Shown piece by piece: positions 29,070 through 38,019 of a DNA stretch of 64,000 bases. Where the stretch lies: the NCBI GenBank assembly GCA_963822575.1, contig CAWGHZ010000007.1, positions 1,024,739 to 1,088,738 on the forward strand, in the 5' to 3' direction. A program made the translations under genes and the position numbers. Position 1 is the first letter of the stretch, and each line of letters opens with the position of its first letter. This DNA is from an uncultured Alphaproteobacteria bacterium (lineage in GTDB: Bacteria; Pseudomonadota; Alphaproteobacteria; MPNO01; DASWLB01). The notes beneath the pieces are model-generated. The model worked only from the letters and a program-made list of their open reading frames with translations, had not been told where the DNA came from and made no database searches.

Positions 29070-30285
29070 ATGTCCGCACTAGCCAGTGGCTTCGTCCGGT
29101 ATTCGCCGCTGCTGATCCTCGCCGCCCTGTGGGAGGCGGTGGCCCGCGCCGGGATGGTCTCGACCGACGTTCTGCCCTCCTTCTCCAGCGTGATGGTCGC
29201 GGGCGTGCACCTGTTCGACGGCACGGAGGTATTCACCAACGCGGCGGCTTCGCTCTACCGCGGGGCGGTGGGGCTCGTTCTCGCCATCGTCGTCGGCGGG
29301 GCGATCGGGGTCTGTATGGCCTGGTGGAAGCTGGTCAATGCGATCGCGGGCCCTCTGGTCGAGATGTTCTACCCGCTGCCGAAGTCGGCGCTGATCCCCG
29401 TGACGGCCTTGTGGCTCGGCTTCGGCGACGCGTCCAAGATACTGCTGATCTTTCTCGGTTGCATGCTGCCGGTCACGCTCGGGGCGTTCAACGGCGCGCG
29501 CGGGCGAGCTCGACGTCGCGCCGCTCGCGTACTCGTCGCTCTCGATCGCCATCGAAAATGCCGGCATGGACGATCTGCGCGTCATCGCTGACGACGTGCA
29601 GGACGGCGTTCCTGGCTACGAGACCGGCGAGTTCTTCGTAATGAAGGACGGCCCGATCAAAAAGGTCGAGGACCTGAAGGGAAAGGTGCTGGCCTCGGTG
29701 GGGCCGGGCACGGCGGTCGACATCGCGATCCGCGCCATGCTGAAGAAGAGCGGCCTGATCGACAAGCGCGACTACCAGATCGTCACGGCAGGCTTTCCCG
29801 CGATGAACGCCATGCTGATGGACGGCAAGGCGTCACTCGTGCCCAGCATCAAGCCGTGGATGCTCGACGCCAAGTTCCAGACGGCGGCACGGCCGTTGTT
29901 CACCGACCGCCAGGCGCTCGACGGGCCCAGTCAGTTCATCGTCTACGTAGCGCACGAGTCCTGGCTCAAGGCGCATCGTGCAGCGGTGGTGGATTGCCTC
30001 GAGGATCTGATCCGCGCGGCCGGCTGGTGGCGCGATCCGAAGAACCACGAGCAGGCGACGGGCATCCTCGCCGGTATGATTCACGCGCCCAAGAAGGCGC
30101 TCGAATACAAGTTCACCAAGGACGACCTCTATCAGGACCCGAACCTGATCCCCAACACCACGGCACTGCAGCACACGATCGACCTGCAGCATTCGCTCGG
30201 GCTCCTGCCGCACAAGCTCGACATGTCGAAGTACGTCGACCTGAGCTACGTGAAGGAAGCCGGCGCCCGCGTGAACGGGATGTGA
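29070..30285 (+). pseudogene. ABC transporter remnant: permease N-terminal half (to ~29500) joined out of frame to 3' half of an NMT1/SsuA-type substrate-binding protein gene
   Basis: Permease sense ends at ...LPVTLGAFNGARG; substrate-binding sense ([30 protein letters not shown]...) begins at the same GCGCGCGCG run in frame +1. Confidence 0.55.
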
Positions 30286-30951
30286 TTAGCGCTTCAGCAT
30301 GTGCTCGTAGGCGGCGCCCATCACCTCGGTGATGGGCGCACCGCGCTCGATGGCCTCGGCCATGGCGGCTTCGCGCGCGGCGATGTCCTCGGCGGCCGCG
30401 ATCACGCGTTCGGCGGCAGCGGCGGCGAAGAGCGCGACGCCCGACAAATCCGCGATGGCGTAGTCGCCCGGCCGAACAGTCACGTCGCCGACCATCACCG
30501 GCCCGTCGGTCTCGGCCTCGACGATGCGGTTGCGGGCGGTGCGCGCCGTCGCCGACCGGGCATAGACCGGGAAGTCGACCGTGCGCGCCTCGTCGATGTC
30601 GCGCGCCGGCCCGTCGACGATCACGCCGGCAAGACCCTTGTGCCTCGCGCCGCGCGACAGGATGCCGCCCCACGCCGCGGCGTCGATGCCGGAGCGCTGC
30701 TCGATGACGACGATTTCGCCCGCCGCGGCCGCTTCGATGGCGGTGGTGCCCAAGTGCCGCGGCGGGCCGGCGGTGGGCGGCGCCGCCTCCTTCGCCACCA
30801 GCTTTACCGTGTGCACGCGCCCGGCGATGCGGCGCGCGACCGAGAGCGCCGCGATGCCGGTGACTGCGCCCGGCAGGCCGAGCCGGTCGAGCGCGTCCGA
30901 CACCGCGCAGCAATCGAGCCGCGCGAGCCGCTGCACCAGGTCGTCGGTCAC
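30286..30951 (-). CDS. RraA-family protein, 4-carboxy-4-hydroxy-2-oxoadipate aldolase / oxaloacetate decarboxylase (LigK)-like
   Basis: GTG start with GTGA overlap to upstream gene; RraA/MenG-like fold sequence. Confidence 0.7.
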   Translation of the reverse strand: MTDDLVQRLARLDCCAVSDALDRLGLPGAVTGIAALSVARRIAGRVHTVKLVAKEAAPPTAGPPRHLGTTAIEAAAAGEIVVIEQRSGIDAAAWGGILSRGARHKGLAGVIVDGPARDIDEARTVDFPVYARSATARTARNRIVEAETDGPVMVGDVTVRPGDYAIADLSGVALFAAAAAERVIAAAEDIAAREAAMAEAIERGAPITEVMGAAYEHMLKR

Positions 30952-32000
30952 TCCGCCGCCTTGGCCCTGGCCTTCACGTCGAGCTTGAACAGCTTGATCG
31001 CGTTGCCGGAGAGCACCGTCTCCTTGTCGGCGTCCGAGAGCCACTCGATCGAGTTGATGAGCGGCGCCACGTCGTCCATGTGGTGGCCGTCGTGCGGATG
31101 GACGACCGAGCCGGTGCCCGGGCATTCCGCACCGAAGAGGCAGCGGTCGGCGCCGACCATCTTGATCAGCAGCTCATTCGCTTCCTTGGTGTAGAGCACC
31201 GTGTCGAAATAGAGCTTCTTGAGGCGCGACGAGAACAGCTTCGCCTCGTCGAGCTTGCCGCCGCGGCCCGCGTGCATGATCGAGGCCGCCTCGAACCGTC
31301 CGATCTGGTAGGGCACCGCCCCGCCGCCGTGGCTCACGATGATCTTGAGGTTGGGGAAGTCCTCGAACACCTGCGAATTGACGAGGCCGTACACCGCCGT
31401 CGTCTCCTCGTTGATGAAGTGGAGCGTGTAGGGCGCGCGTTCGGCCCGCGACCCGGTGCCATGGATGTGCGCCGGCACGTCGAGCTCGCAGAGCTTCTCG
31501 TAGAGCGGATACCAGTAGCGGTCGCCCATCGCCGGCGGCTGGGTGCCGGAGTTCTCGTAGGGGTCTGGGTTCAGCAGGCAGCCCTTGAAGTCCAGCTCCT
31601 TGACGCAACGATCGAGCTCGCGGATCGCCATGTCCAAGGGTTCGCCCGCCGGCTGGGGCAAGCCGGCGATGCCGAAGAACCGGTCGGGATAGAGCTGCGT
31701 CTCGCGGTGAATGACGTTGTTCACCTCTTCGTGCAGCCACTGCACGATCCGGGCCGGCTTCTCCGAATGCATCATCTGGAACGGCCGCGGGCTGATCGCC
31801 TGCAGGTCGGTGCCCAGCTTGTTCAGATAGTCCATGTGGCTCAGCGGGCCGAACGGCTTCTTCTCCACCGCCTCACGGATCTGGTCGTCAGAAACGACGA
31901 CGCGGCCACGCCCGTGCGAGCCGCGCGCGGCGAGCAGCGTCGCCTTGTAGGCCCACAGCTCGGCGGGCGCACTGACGTGGCCGTGGCAGTCGATGATCAT
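30948..32000 (-). CDS. amidohydrolase-2 family, 4-oxalomesaconate hydratase (LigJ)-like
   Basis: MIIDCHGHVSAP..., HGGGAVPYQIGR; 350 aa. Confidence 0.65.
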   Translation of the reverse strand: MIIDCHGHVSAPAELWAYKATLLAARGSHGRGRVVVSDDQIREAVEKKPFGPLSHMDYLNKLGTDLQAISPRPFQMMHSEKPARIVQWLHEEVNNVIHRETQLYPDRFFGIAGLPQPAGEPLDMAIRELDRCVKELDFKGCLLNPDPYENSGTQPPAMGDRYWYPLYEKLCELDVPAHIHGTGSRAERAPYTLHFINEETTAVYGLVNSQVFEDFPNLKIIVSHGGGAVPYQIGRFEAASIMHAGRGGKLDEAKLFSSRLKKLYFDTVLYTKEANELLIKMVGADRCLFGAECPGTGSVVHPHDGHHMDDVAPLINSIEWLSDADKETVLSGNAIKLFKLDVKARAKAAE

Positions 32001-32030
32001 GGTTTCCTCCGCTTTATGGCTTGGAGCGCG

Positions 32031-32669
32031 TCACGCCGCCTTGGCAAATTGCGCCTGCACGTCCTTTTCGAAGGCGAGCAGCTTCTGGACGCTGGGGCGC
32101 TGCTGCATGCGTTCGAAATGCGCCATCACGTTCTTGAACGGCGAGAAATCGAGGCCGAACTGGGTGCCGCGCCGGACGCACCAGAAGAAATGCGCGTCGG
32201 GCGCGGTGAAGTGGTCGAAGAACCACTCGCGCCCGGCGAGCATGTCGTCGGCGACCTTGTAGTTCTCCGCAAGCTGCCGGGCGGCGATGGCCTTCACGCT
32301 CTCCGCCGCGTTGTCGGCGACGTTCGCCGGGTTGTTGATCCGGGCGAGGAAGGGATGGATGCCCGACGAGCACCACGACATCAGCGAGATCGCCTTGAGC
32401 TCGTCCCACGGATCGGACGGGATGAGCTTCGCCGCCGGGAAGTTGCGGTGCACCCAAAGGTGGATCGCGGCGTTCTCGGTCAAATGCTTGCCGTCGATTT
32501 CAAGCACCGGCACCTTGTGCTTGGGGTTGATCTTCAGATACTCCGGCGAAAAGTGCTGGCGCTTGCCCATGTTGACCGGGCGCGCCTCGAACTCGGCCTT
32601 CGCCTCGGTCAGGGTGACGTAGGGCGCAAGGGCGCAGGTGTTGGGGGCATAGTAGAGGACGATCTTCAT
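32031..32669 (-). CDS. glutathione S-transferase family protein
   Basis: GST N- and C-terminal domain-like sequence, 212 aa. Confidence 0.8.
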   Translation of the reverse strand: MKIVLYYAPNTCALAPYVTLTEAKAEFEARPVNMGKRQHFSPEYLKINPKHKVPVLEIDGKHLTENAAIHLWVHRNFPAAKLIPSDPWDELKAISLMSWCSSGIHPFLARINNPANVADNAAESVKAIAARQLAENYKVADDMLAGREWFFDHFTAPDAHFFWCVRRGTQFGLDFSPFKNVMAHFERMQQRPSVQKLLAFEKDVQAQFAKAA

Positions 32670-32815
32670 CGTGCGTCTCCGGGGTTGGCGCCGCGCGGCG
32701 CTTCTGGCCGCCGAGCATATGGCGGCGCCGCGGGCGAGGGAAGGGGCTCGCCCGCCGGCGCGCGTTCCTCCTGGGCCGCGATCTTGCTATCATCGCGGTC
32801 TGCGGGAGGGACGCC

Positions 32816-34081
32816 ATGAGCATGAACATCGCCGAGAAGATCCTGGCGCGCGCGGCAGGAACCGACCGCGTCGTGCCGGGCGAGATCGCCATCGTCGAGG
32901 TCGGCACGGCGGTGCTGATGGACATGAACTTCATGCCGGCGAGTTGGCGCGAGATATTGAAGGTGCACGACCCCAAGCGCGTGGTCGTCGTGCTCGACCA
33001 CATGGTGCCGGCGAACGAGCCGCAATCCGCGGGCGCGCACGCAAGGGCGCGTGCGTTCTGCGCGAAGTTCGGCATCGAGCGCTTCCACGACGTAGGGCGC
33101 GACCAGGGCATCAGCCACGTCGTCGTCGCCGACAACGCCTATGCGCTACCGGGCACGGTCATGGTGAACCCGGACTCGCACACCTGCGGCGGCGGCGCGT
33201 TCAACTGTGCCGCGCGCGGGGTCGGGCTGCCGGAGACCACATTTGCCGTAACGACGGGGAAGAGCTGGTTCCGCGTAGGCGAGACCATCCGCTACGAATT
33301 CCAGGGCAGGCTCCGGCCCGGCGTCTCCGCCAAGGATGTGTTCCTGCACATTGCCGGCACGTACGGCGTGCACGTCAACCAGAACGTCGAGTTCGGCGGA
33401 CCGGGCATGGCGAGCCTCAGCCTCAACGCGCGGCGCACAATCGCCATCATGGGGGCGGAGCTCTCCGCCGAGTTCGTGATCTTCGAGCCGGACGACACGC
33501 TGATCGACTACGTGAAGGCGCGCGCGACGGCGCCGTTCGAGCCGACCTGGCCCGATGCCGACGCCGCCTATGCCGAGCGGCGCACGCTCGACCTCGGCGC
33601 GATCGAGCCGCTGGTCGCGCTCCCCGACGCGATGCTCGACAACACGGTGCCGGTCGGCGAGGCGGCGGGCGAAAAGATCGACCAGGCCTTCATCGGCTCG
33701 TGCGCGAACGGCACGCTCGACGATTTCGCGGTGGCGGCCAAGGTGCTGGCCGGCCAGCGCGTCGCGCCCGGCGTCCGGCTGATCGTGACGCCCGGATCGC
33801 AAGCGATCTATCGCGAGGCGCTGGCGGCGGGCTACGTCGCGACCATCGTGGAGGCGGGCGCGGTGGTGACACCGGCGACCTGCGGCGCCTGCGTCGGCGG
33901 GCACATGGGGGTGCTCGGGCCGGGCGAGACCTGCATCACCGCTTCGACGCGCAACTTCAAGGGGCGGATGGGAGATCCTTCGGCGCGCATCTACATGGCC
34001 TCGCCGGCCACGGTGGCGGCCTCGGCCATCGCCGGGCGGATCGCCTCGGCCGCCGAGTTCTTCGCCGGAGAGATCGCATGA
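32816..34081 (+). CDS. LeuC-like aconitase-family hydro-lyase large subunit
   Basis: 421 aa, short-type 3-isopropylmalate dehydratase large subunit homolog with Cys ligands (CGACVGGH, SCANG). Confidence 0.8.
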   Translation: MSMNIAEKILARAAGTDRVVPGEIAIVEVGTAVLMDMNFMPASWREILKVHDPKRVVVVLDHMVPANEPQSAGAHARARAFCAKFGIERFHDVGRDQGISHVVVADNAYALPGTVMVNPDSHTCGGGAFNCAARGVGLPETTFAVTTGKSWFRVGETIRYEFQGRLRPGVSAKDVFLHIAGTYGVHVNQNVEFGGPGMASLSLNARRTIAIMGAELSAEFVIFEPDDTLIDYVKARATAPFEPTWPDADAAYAERRTLDLGAIEPLVALPDAMLDNTVPVGEAAGEKIDQAFIGSCANGTLDDFAVAAKVLAGQRVAPGVRLIVTPGSQAIYREALAAGYVATIVEAGAVVTPATCGACVGGHMGVLGPGETCITASTRNFKGRMGDPSARIYMASPATVAASAIAGRIASAAEFFAGEIA

Positions 34082-34575
34082 TTTCGGCGAAGCTCTGGAA
34101 GTTCGGCGACGATATCAACACCGACCTCCTGCTGCCGGGCAGCGTGATGGTGAAGCCCGAGGCCGAGCAGGCGCGCGCCGTGTTCGCCGCCAACCGCCCG
34201 GGCTGGGTCGACGAGATGAAGCCGGGCGACGCGATTGTCGCCGGACGAAATTTCGGGATGGGCTCCAACCGGCCGGCCTCGCGCTCGCTCCGCAACCTTG
34301 GAGTCTCGTTCCTGCTGGCGGAATCGATTAACGGGCTGTTCTTCCGCAATTGCGTGAATTACGGGCTCCTCGCATTCGAATGCCCTGGCTGCTTCGCCGC
34401 CTTCGAGGAGGGTGACACGGCCCAGCTCGACCTCGACGCGTGGACCGTGACGAACCCGCGCACCGGCGCGGAGCTGGTGCCGGGGAAGTTTCCCGAGCGG
34501 CTGCTCGCCTTGATGCGGGGGGGCGGCATCTATCCACTGATGGAGCGTGAGGGGCTGGTTGCGCCGCGGTGCTGA
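34078..34575 (+). CDS. LeuD-like hydro-lyase small subunit
   Basis: ATGA overlap with large subunit; 165 aa. Confidence 0.75.
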   Translation: MISAKLWKFGDDINTDLLLPGSVMVKPEAEQARAVFAANRPGWVDEMKPGDAIVAGRNFGMGSNRPASRSLRNLGVSFLLAESINGLFFRNCVNYGLLAFECPGCFAAFEEGDTAQLDLDAWTVTNPRTGAELVPGKFPERLLALMRGGGIYPLMEREGLVAPRC

Positions 34576-34658
34576 GCGGCGGTGCGCTTGTCAGCACCTT
34601 GTCGCAAGTTCAAGATCGACCCATCTCGATATTATCGATCACGCAGGGGGACCGCCGG

Positions 34659-35372
34659 ATGATCCGCACAGCCACCTGGTTTCCGGCCGCGCTGCTCGCG
34701 CTCGTGGCCGTTCTCGCGACGTCCGCGCCGGGCGGCGCGGCGGACCTGCAAGGTCGGTCCGATAAGAAGGTGCTGCACAACGCTTCGGTGCAGGAAATTA
34801 TCGAGCAGCTTTCGGGCGGAGAGAAACGTCCGCGCTATCGCGGCCTCACCATCGGGCCGGCCGCCACGCAGGCGAGCCGAGAGCCCGAATCGGGGTGCTA
34901 TACGGTCGGGACGGCCGCGAAGACGCGGGGGCTGACCGTGATGGCGGCACCGGCGAAACCCCATTCCGGCGCGCAGGGCGAAATGGTTGCGTCGGCCGCT
35001 CCGAACGCGACGGGCAGCGGCACCGACTGCCATCCCGGCTTTATTTCACTGATACATTTCGCATATGACTCGTCGCGACTGCAGCCGGCGGCGCGTCACG
35101 AGCTCGACAAGATCGCGGCGGCACTGCGGTCGCCCGCACTCGATGGCGACCGGTTCGTCATCGCCGGTCATACCGACGGAGCCGGCAGCGATGCCTACAA
35201 CCTGACCTTGTCCGCCCGACGGGCGGCCGCCGTGGTCCGTTATCTCTCGGATCGCGGGGTGGGCGCGGGGCGCATGATTCCCGAGGGGCGCGGCGAGCGC
35301 GAGCTGCTCGACAAGAAGGACCCGCTGAGCGCGGTCAACCGCCGTGTCGAGATCATAAACGCGAGCCGGTGA
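34659..35372 (+). CDS. OmpA-like domain protein with signal peptide
   Basis: C-terminal OmpA_C-like domain (FAYDSSRLQ...GHTDGAGSDAYNLTLSARRAAAV...NRRVEI). Confidence 0.75.
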   Translation: MIRTATWFPAALLALVAVLATSAPGGAADLQGRSDKKVLHNASVQEIIEQLSGGEKRPRYRGLTIGPAATQASREPESGCYTVGTAAKTRGLTVMAAPAKPHSGAQGEMVASAAPNATGSGTDCHPGFISLIHFAYDSSRLQPAARHELDKIAAALRSPALDGDRFVIAGHTDGAGSDAYNLTLSARRAAAVVRYLSDRGVGAGRMIPEGRGERELLDKKDPLSAVNRRVEIINASR

Positions 35373-35408
35373 GGGCGCCGGGCATCCCGCCATGCCGGGG
35401 CAAGCGCC

Positions 35409-37324
35409 ATGAACGGTGACGCACGGCCGAGAACGGTCGCGGTGCTTGCTTCCGAGCTCGCCGGATCGTCCGGGGCGGGTGCCGCCCCAGGCTTCGACGT
35501 CTGGCAGAGCTTCCGCGACGGCGCCTTCAATGAGATCGTTGCGGCCCATATCGGCCGTATCGCCCGGTCCGGCGGAACCGAGTTCGTCATCGAGTTTTCG
35601 GACGCGGATTCGGCTCTGTCCTGCGCGCTTGCGCTGCAGCGCGAGGCCGGTGCGCACGGACCGATGAGGTTCCGCACCGGCATTGCGTGGGGGGAGGTCA
35701 GCGGCATAGGCGAGAGGATGGGCGGAGCCGGGGTCGAGGCCGCCGTCAAGCTGCGAGGGCTGGCAGAACCCGGCGGGGTCTGCGTTTCGGGCGCAGTGCG
35801 CGATCGCGCGAGGGCCAAGACCGCGACGGGGCTCGTCGACAGCGGTTTTGAAAAATTTCCCGGAAGCGCGGCACCCGTCAAAATCTGGCGCCTGCGCGCC
35901 GCCGGCGGCGAAGCGGAGACCCGGCTTGCCGGCCCGGCCGCTCCGCCTGCGCGCGCCGACAAGCGGGCCGAGAAGCGTCCGATGGCAGGGTGGCTCGCGG
36001 CGGGCGGGCTCGCGATACTGATCGTGGGCGGAGGGCTCGTCTTGTGGCGCCCTTGGGCCACGCATACGCCCCAGAGCGTGCCCGCCCCGCCGGTCGCCGC
36101 CGCAGCTCCGTCCACCGATGTGGCGACCGCTCCCCCGGAGCCGGCCACGCCTGCTGCTGCGCCCGAACCGGCGCCAGCCGAATCCGCACCCGTCGCGAAC
36201 GCTTCCCCGGAGCCGGCCAAGCCAGCTGCCGCGCCCGAGCCGGCGCCAGCCCGAATCCGGCACCCGTCGCGAACGCTTCCCCGGAGCCGGTCAAGCCAGC
36301 TGCTGCGCCCGAGCCGGCGCCGCTCGAACCGGCACCGGTGGCAACCGCTTCCCCGGAGCCGGCGAAGCCCGCCGCCGCGCCGGAGCCGGCGCCAGCCGAA
36401 CCGGCGCCCGTCGCGAACGCTTCCCCGGAGCCAGCGAAGCCCGCCGCCGCGCCGGAGCCGGCGCCCGCCGAACCGGCGCCCGTCGCGAACGCTTCCCCGG
36501 AGCCGGTCAAGCCAGCCGCTGCGCCCGGGCCGGCGCCGCCCGAACCGGCACCGGTGGCGACCGCTTCCCCGGAGCCGGCCAAGCCAGCCGCCGCGCCCGA
36601 ACCCGCGCCAGCCGAACCGGCGCCCGAACCGAAAACCGCGGCGATCGCCCCGAGCGTCTCGGCTTCGGAAGCGCTTCGAGCCCGTCTCGCCGAAACGCTC
36701 AAGGGCTATTCCTGCGCGCGGCTCGAACAGGCGGAGGGAGCTGACGGCACACGCGTCTCGGGCTTCGTCTCGACGGACGGCGACCTGCGACGGCTGCGCG
36801 ATCAGGCGGCCGGTGAATTCGCGCCCTTGAAGACGCGGGTCGATGCCTCGGTGCGACCCTGGCCCTATTGCGAGGCGATCGTGCACCTCGACGCGCATGC
36901 GTCGCGCGCATCAGGCGTCGCTCCGGACTCGGGGATCGCCACCAACCATCCGGACCGACGTTATCGCGACGGCGACAGCTTCACCACGACGATCACCGTG
37001 CCCGGCTCGGGCCGGCGTTATTTGTTCGTCGCCTATCTGACCAGCACCGGCGAGGCCGTGCGGCTCTACCCGACGGGCGATGCGAAGGGACTTGTCTCGG
37101 GCGGCGACAAGGTGGTGCTGGGCGGGGACGGCACGTTCCGCGTCAGCGCACCGTTCGGGCGGGACATGCTGATCGCCCTCGCTGGCGACGCGCCGTTCGC
37201 GACGCGCCTCGGCACGCAATGGAAGTCGGCGCGCGCGTTCCTCGACGACCTGTCCTACGTCTTCTACGACGCGCCGGACGCGCATTTCGACGGGCGCTAC
37301 GTTTTCATCGACACGAGCCGCTGA
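35409..37324 (+). CDS. modular protein: degenerate class III cyclase (CHD)-like domain, TM helix, Pro/Ala-rich 20-aa tandem repeats, C-terminal DUF4384-like domain; apparent 2-bp indel at ~36248-36262
   Basis: ORF 35409-36830 and ORF 35990-37324 are consecutive halves in different frames; shift lies inside the 60-bp repeat array. Confidence 0.6.
36130..36650 (+). repeat. ~8 tandem 60-bp coding repeats (EPAPVANASPEPAKPAAAPEPAPA)
   Basis: Direct reading of nearly identical 60-nt units. Confidence 0.7.
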
Positions 37325-37358
37325 GGCTGCCGGACCGATCGCCCGGCCTGTCCGCCGG

Positions 37359-37697
37359 TCAGACGACGTCCGCGAGTTCCATCGACTTCACGTTCAGCTC
37401 TTCGCCCTGAATCCGGTCGACCGCGCGCGACCCGCATGGACACGGCGCAAACAGCGTCTCGGTCACGAACTCGTTGCCGCAGGCGCGGCAGCGCGCGCGC
37501 CCTTCGATCACGCGAAGGTCAAGGGTGGCACCCTCGATCGCCGTGCCCGTGGCGGCCGCTTCGAAACAGAACGCGATCGCGTCAGGCAGCACGCCCGACA
37601 ACGCGCCGACCTCGAGCGTCACGCGGCGTACCGGCCGGCCGGCGGCGGCTTCGCCGACGATGGCGACGATGTTGCGGGCGATGGCGAGCTCGTGCAC
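37359..37697 (-). CDS. hypA: hydrogenase nickel-incorporation protein HypA
   Basis: GTG start VHELAIARNIV...; two CxxC pairs (CRAC...CPCG). Confidence 0.75.
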   Translation of the reverse strand: MHELAIARNIVAIVGEAAAGRPVRRVTLEVGALSGVLPDAIAFCFEAAATGTAIEGATLDLRVIEGRARCRACGNEFVTETLFAPCPCGSRAVDRIQGEELNVKSMELADVV

Positions 37698-37704
37698 GGG
37701 CGCC

Positions 37705-38019
37705 TCAGAAGATGCGGGGCCGCCGGTCGCCGACCGGCACGTCGATACCACCGTCGCGCATCGCGGTCAGCTCGGCCTGTGCCTCGCCCAGCTCTTCGAG
37801 CAGGCGCAACGTTTCGGCCGCCTCCGCTTCGTCGATGCGGCTCATTGCGAAGCCGACATGGATCAGCACCCAGTCGCCGAGGCAGGCCGCCGGCGGATGG
37901 CACGCGTCGACAATGCAGGCGATGTTGACGGAGCGCCGTACGCCGTTGACCTCGACGGTGGCGAGGCGGCGCCCGGCATCGTCGATGCGCACGATGCGAC
38001 CCGGGATGCCGACGCACAT
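37705..38019 (-). CDS. hypC: hydrogenase maturation factor HypC
   Basis: MCVGIPGRIVRI... N-terminal MC motif; TGATG overlap with hypF. Confidence 0.75.
   Translation of the reverse strand: MCVGIPGRIVRIDDAGRRLATVEVNGVRRSVNIACIVDACHPPAACLGDWVLIHVGFAMSRIDEAEAAETLRLLEELGEAQAELTAMRDGGIDVPVGDRRPRIF

Noticed and set aside
32816-34575. Housekeeping leuCD
   Set aside because: The large subunit is the short, archaeal-type 421-aa form. The pair sits beside a GST and lig-pathway genes rather than leuB/leuA. It is called LeuCD-like only.
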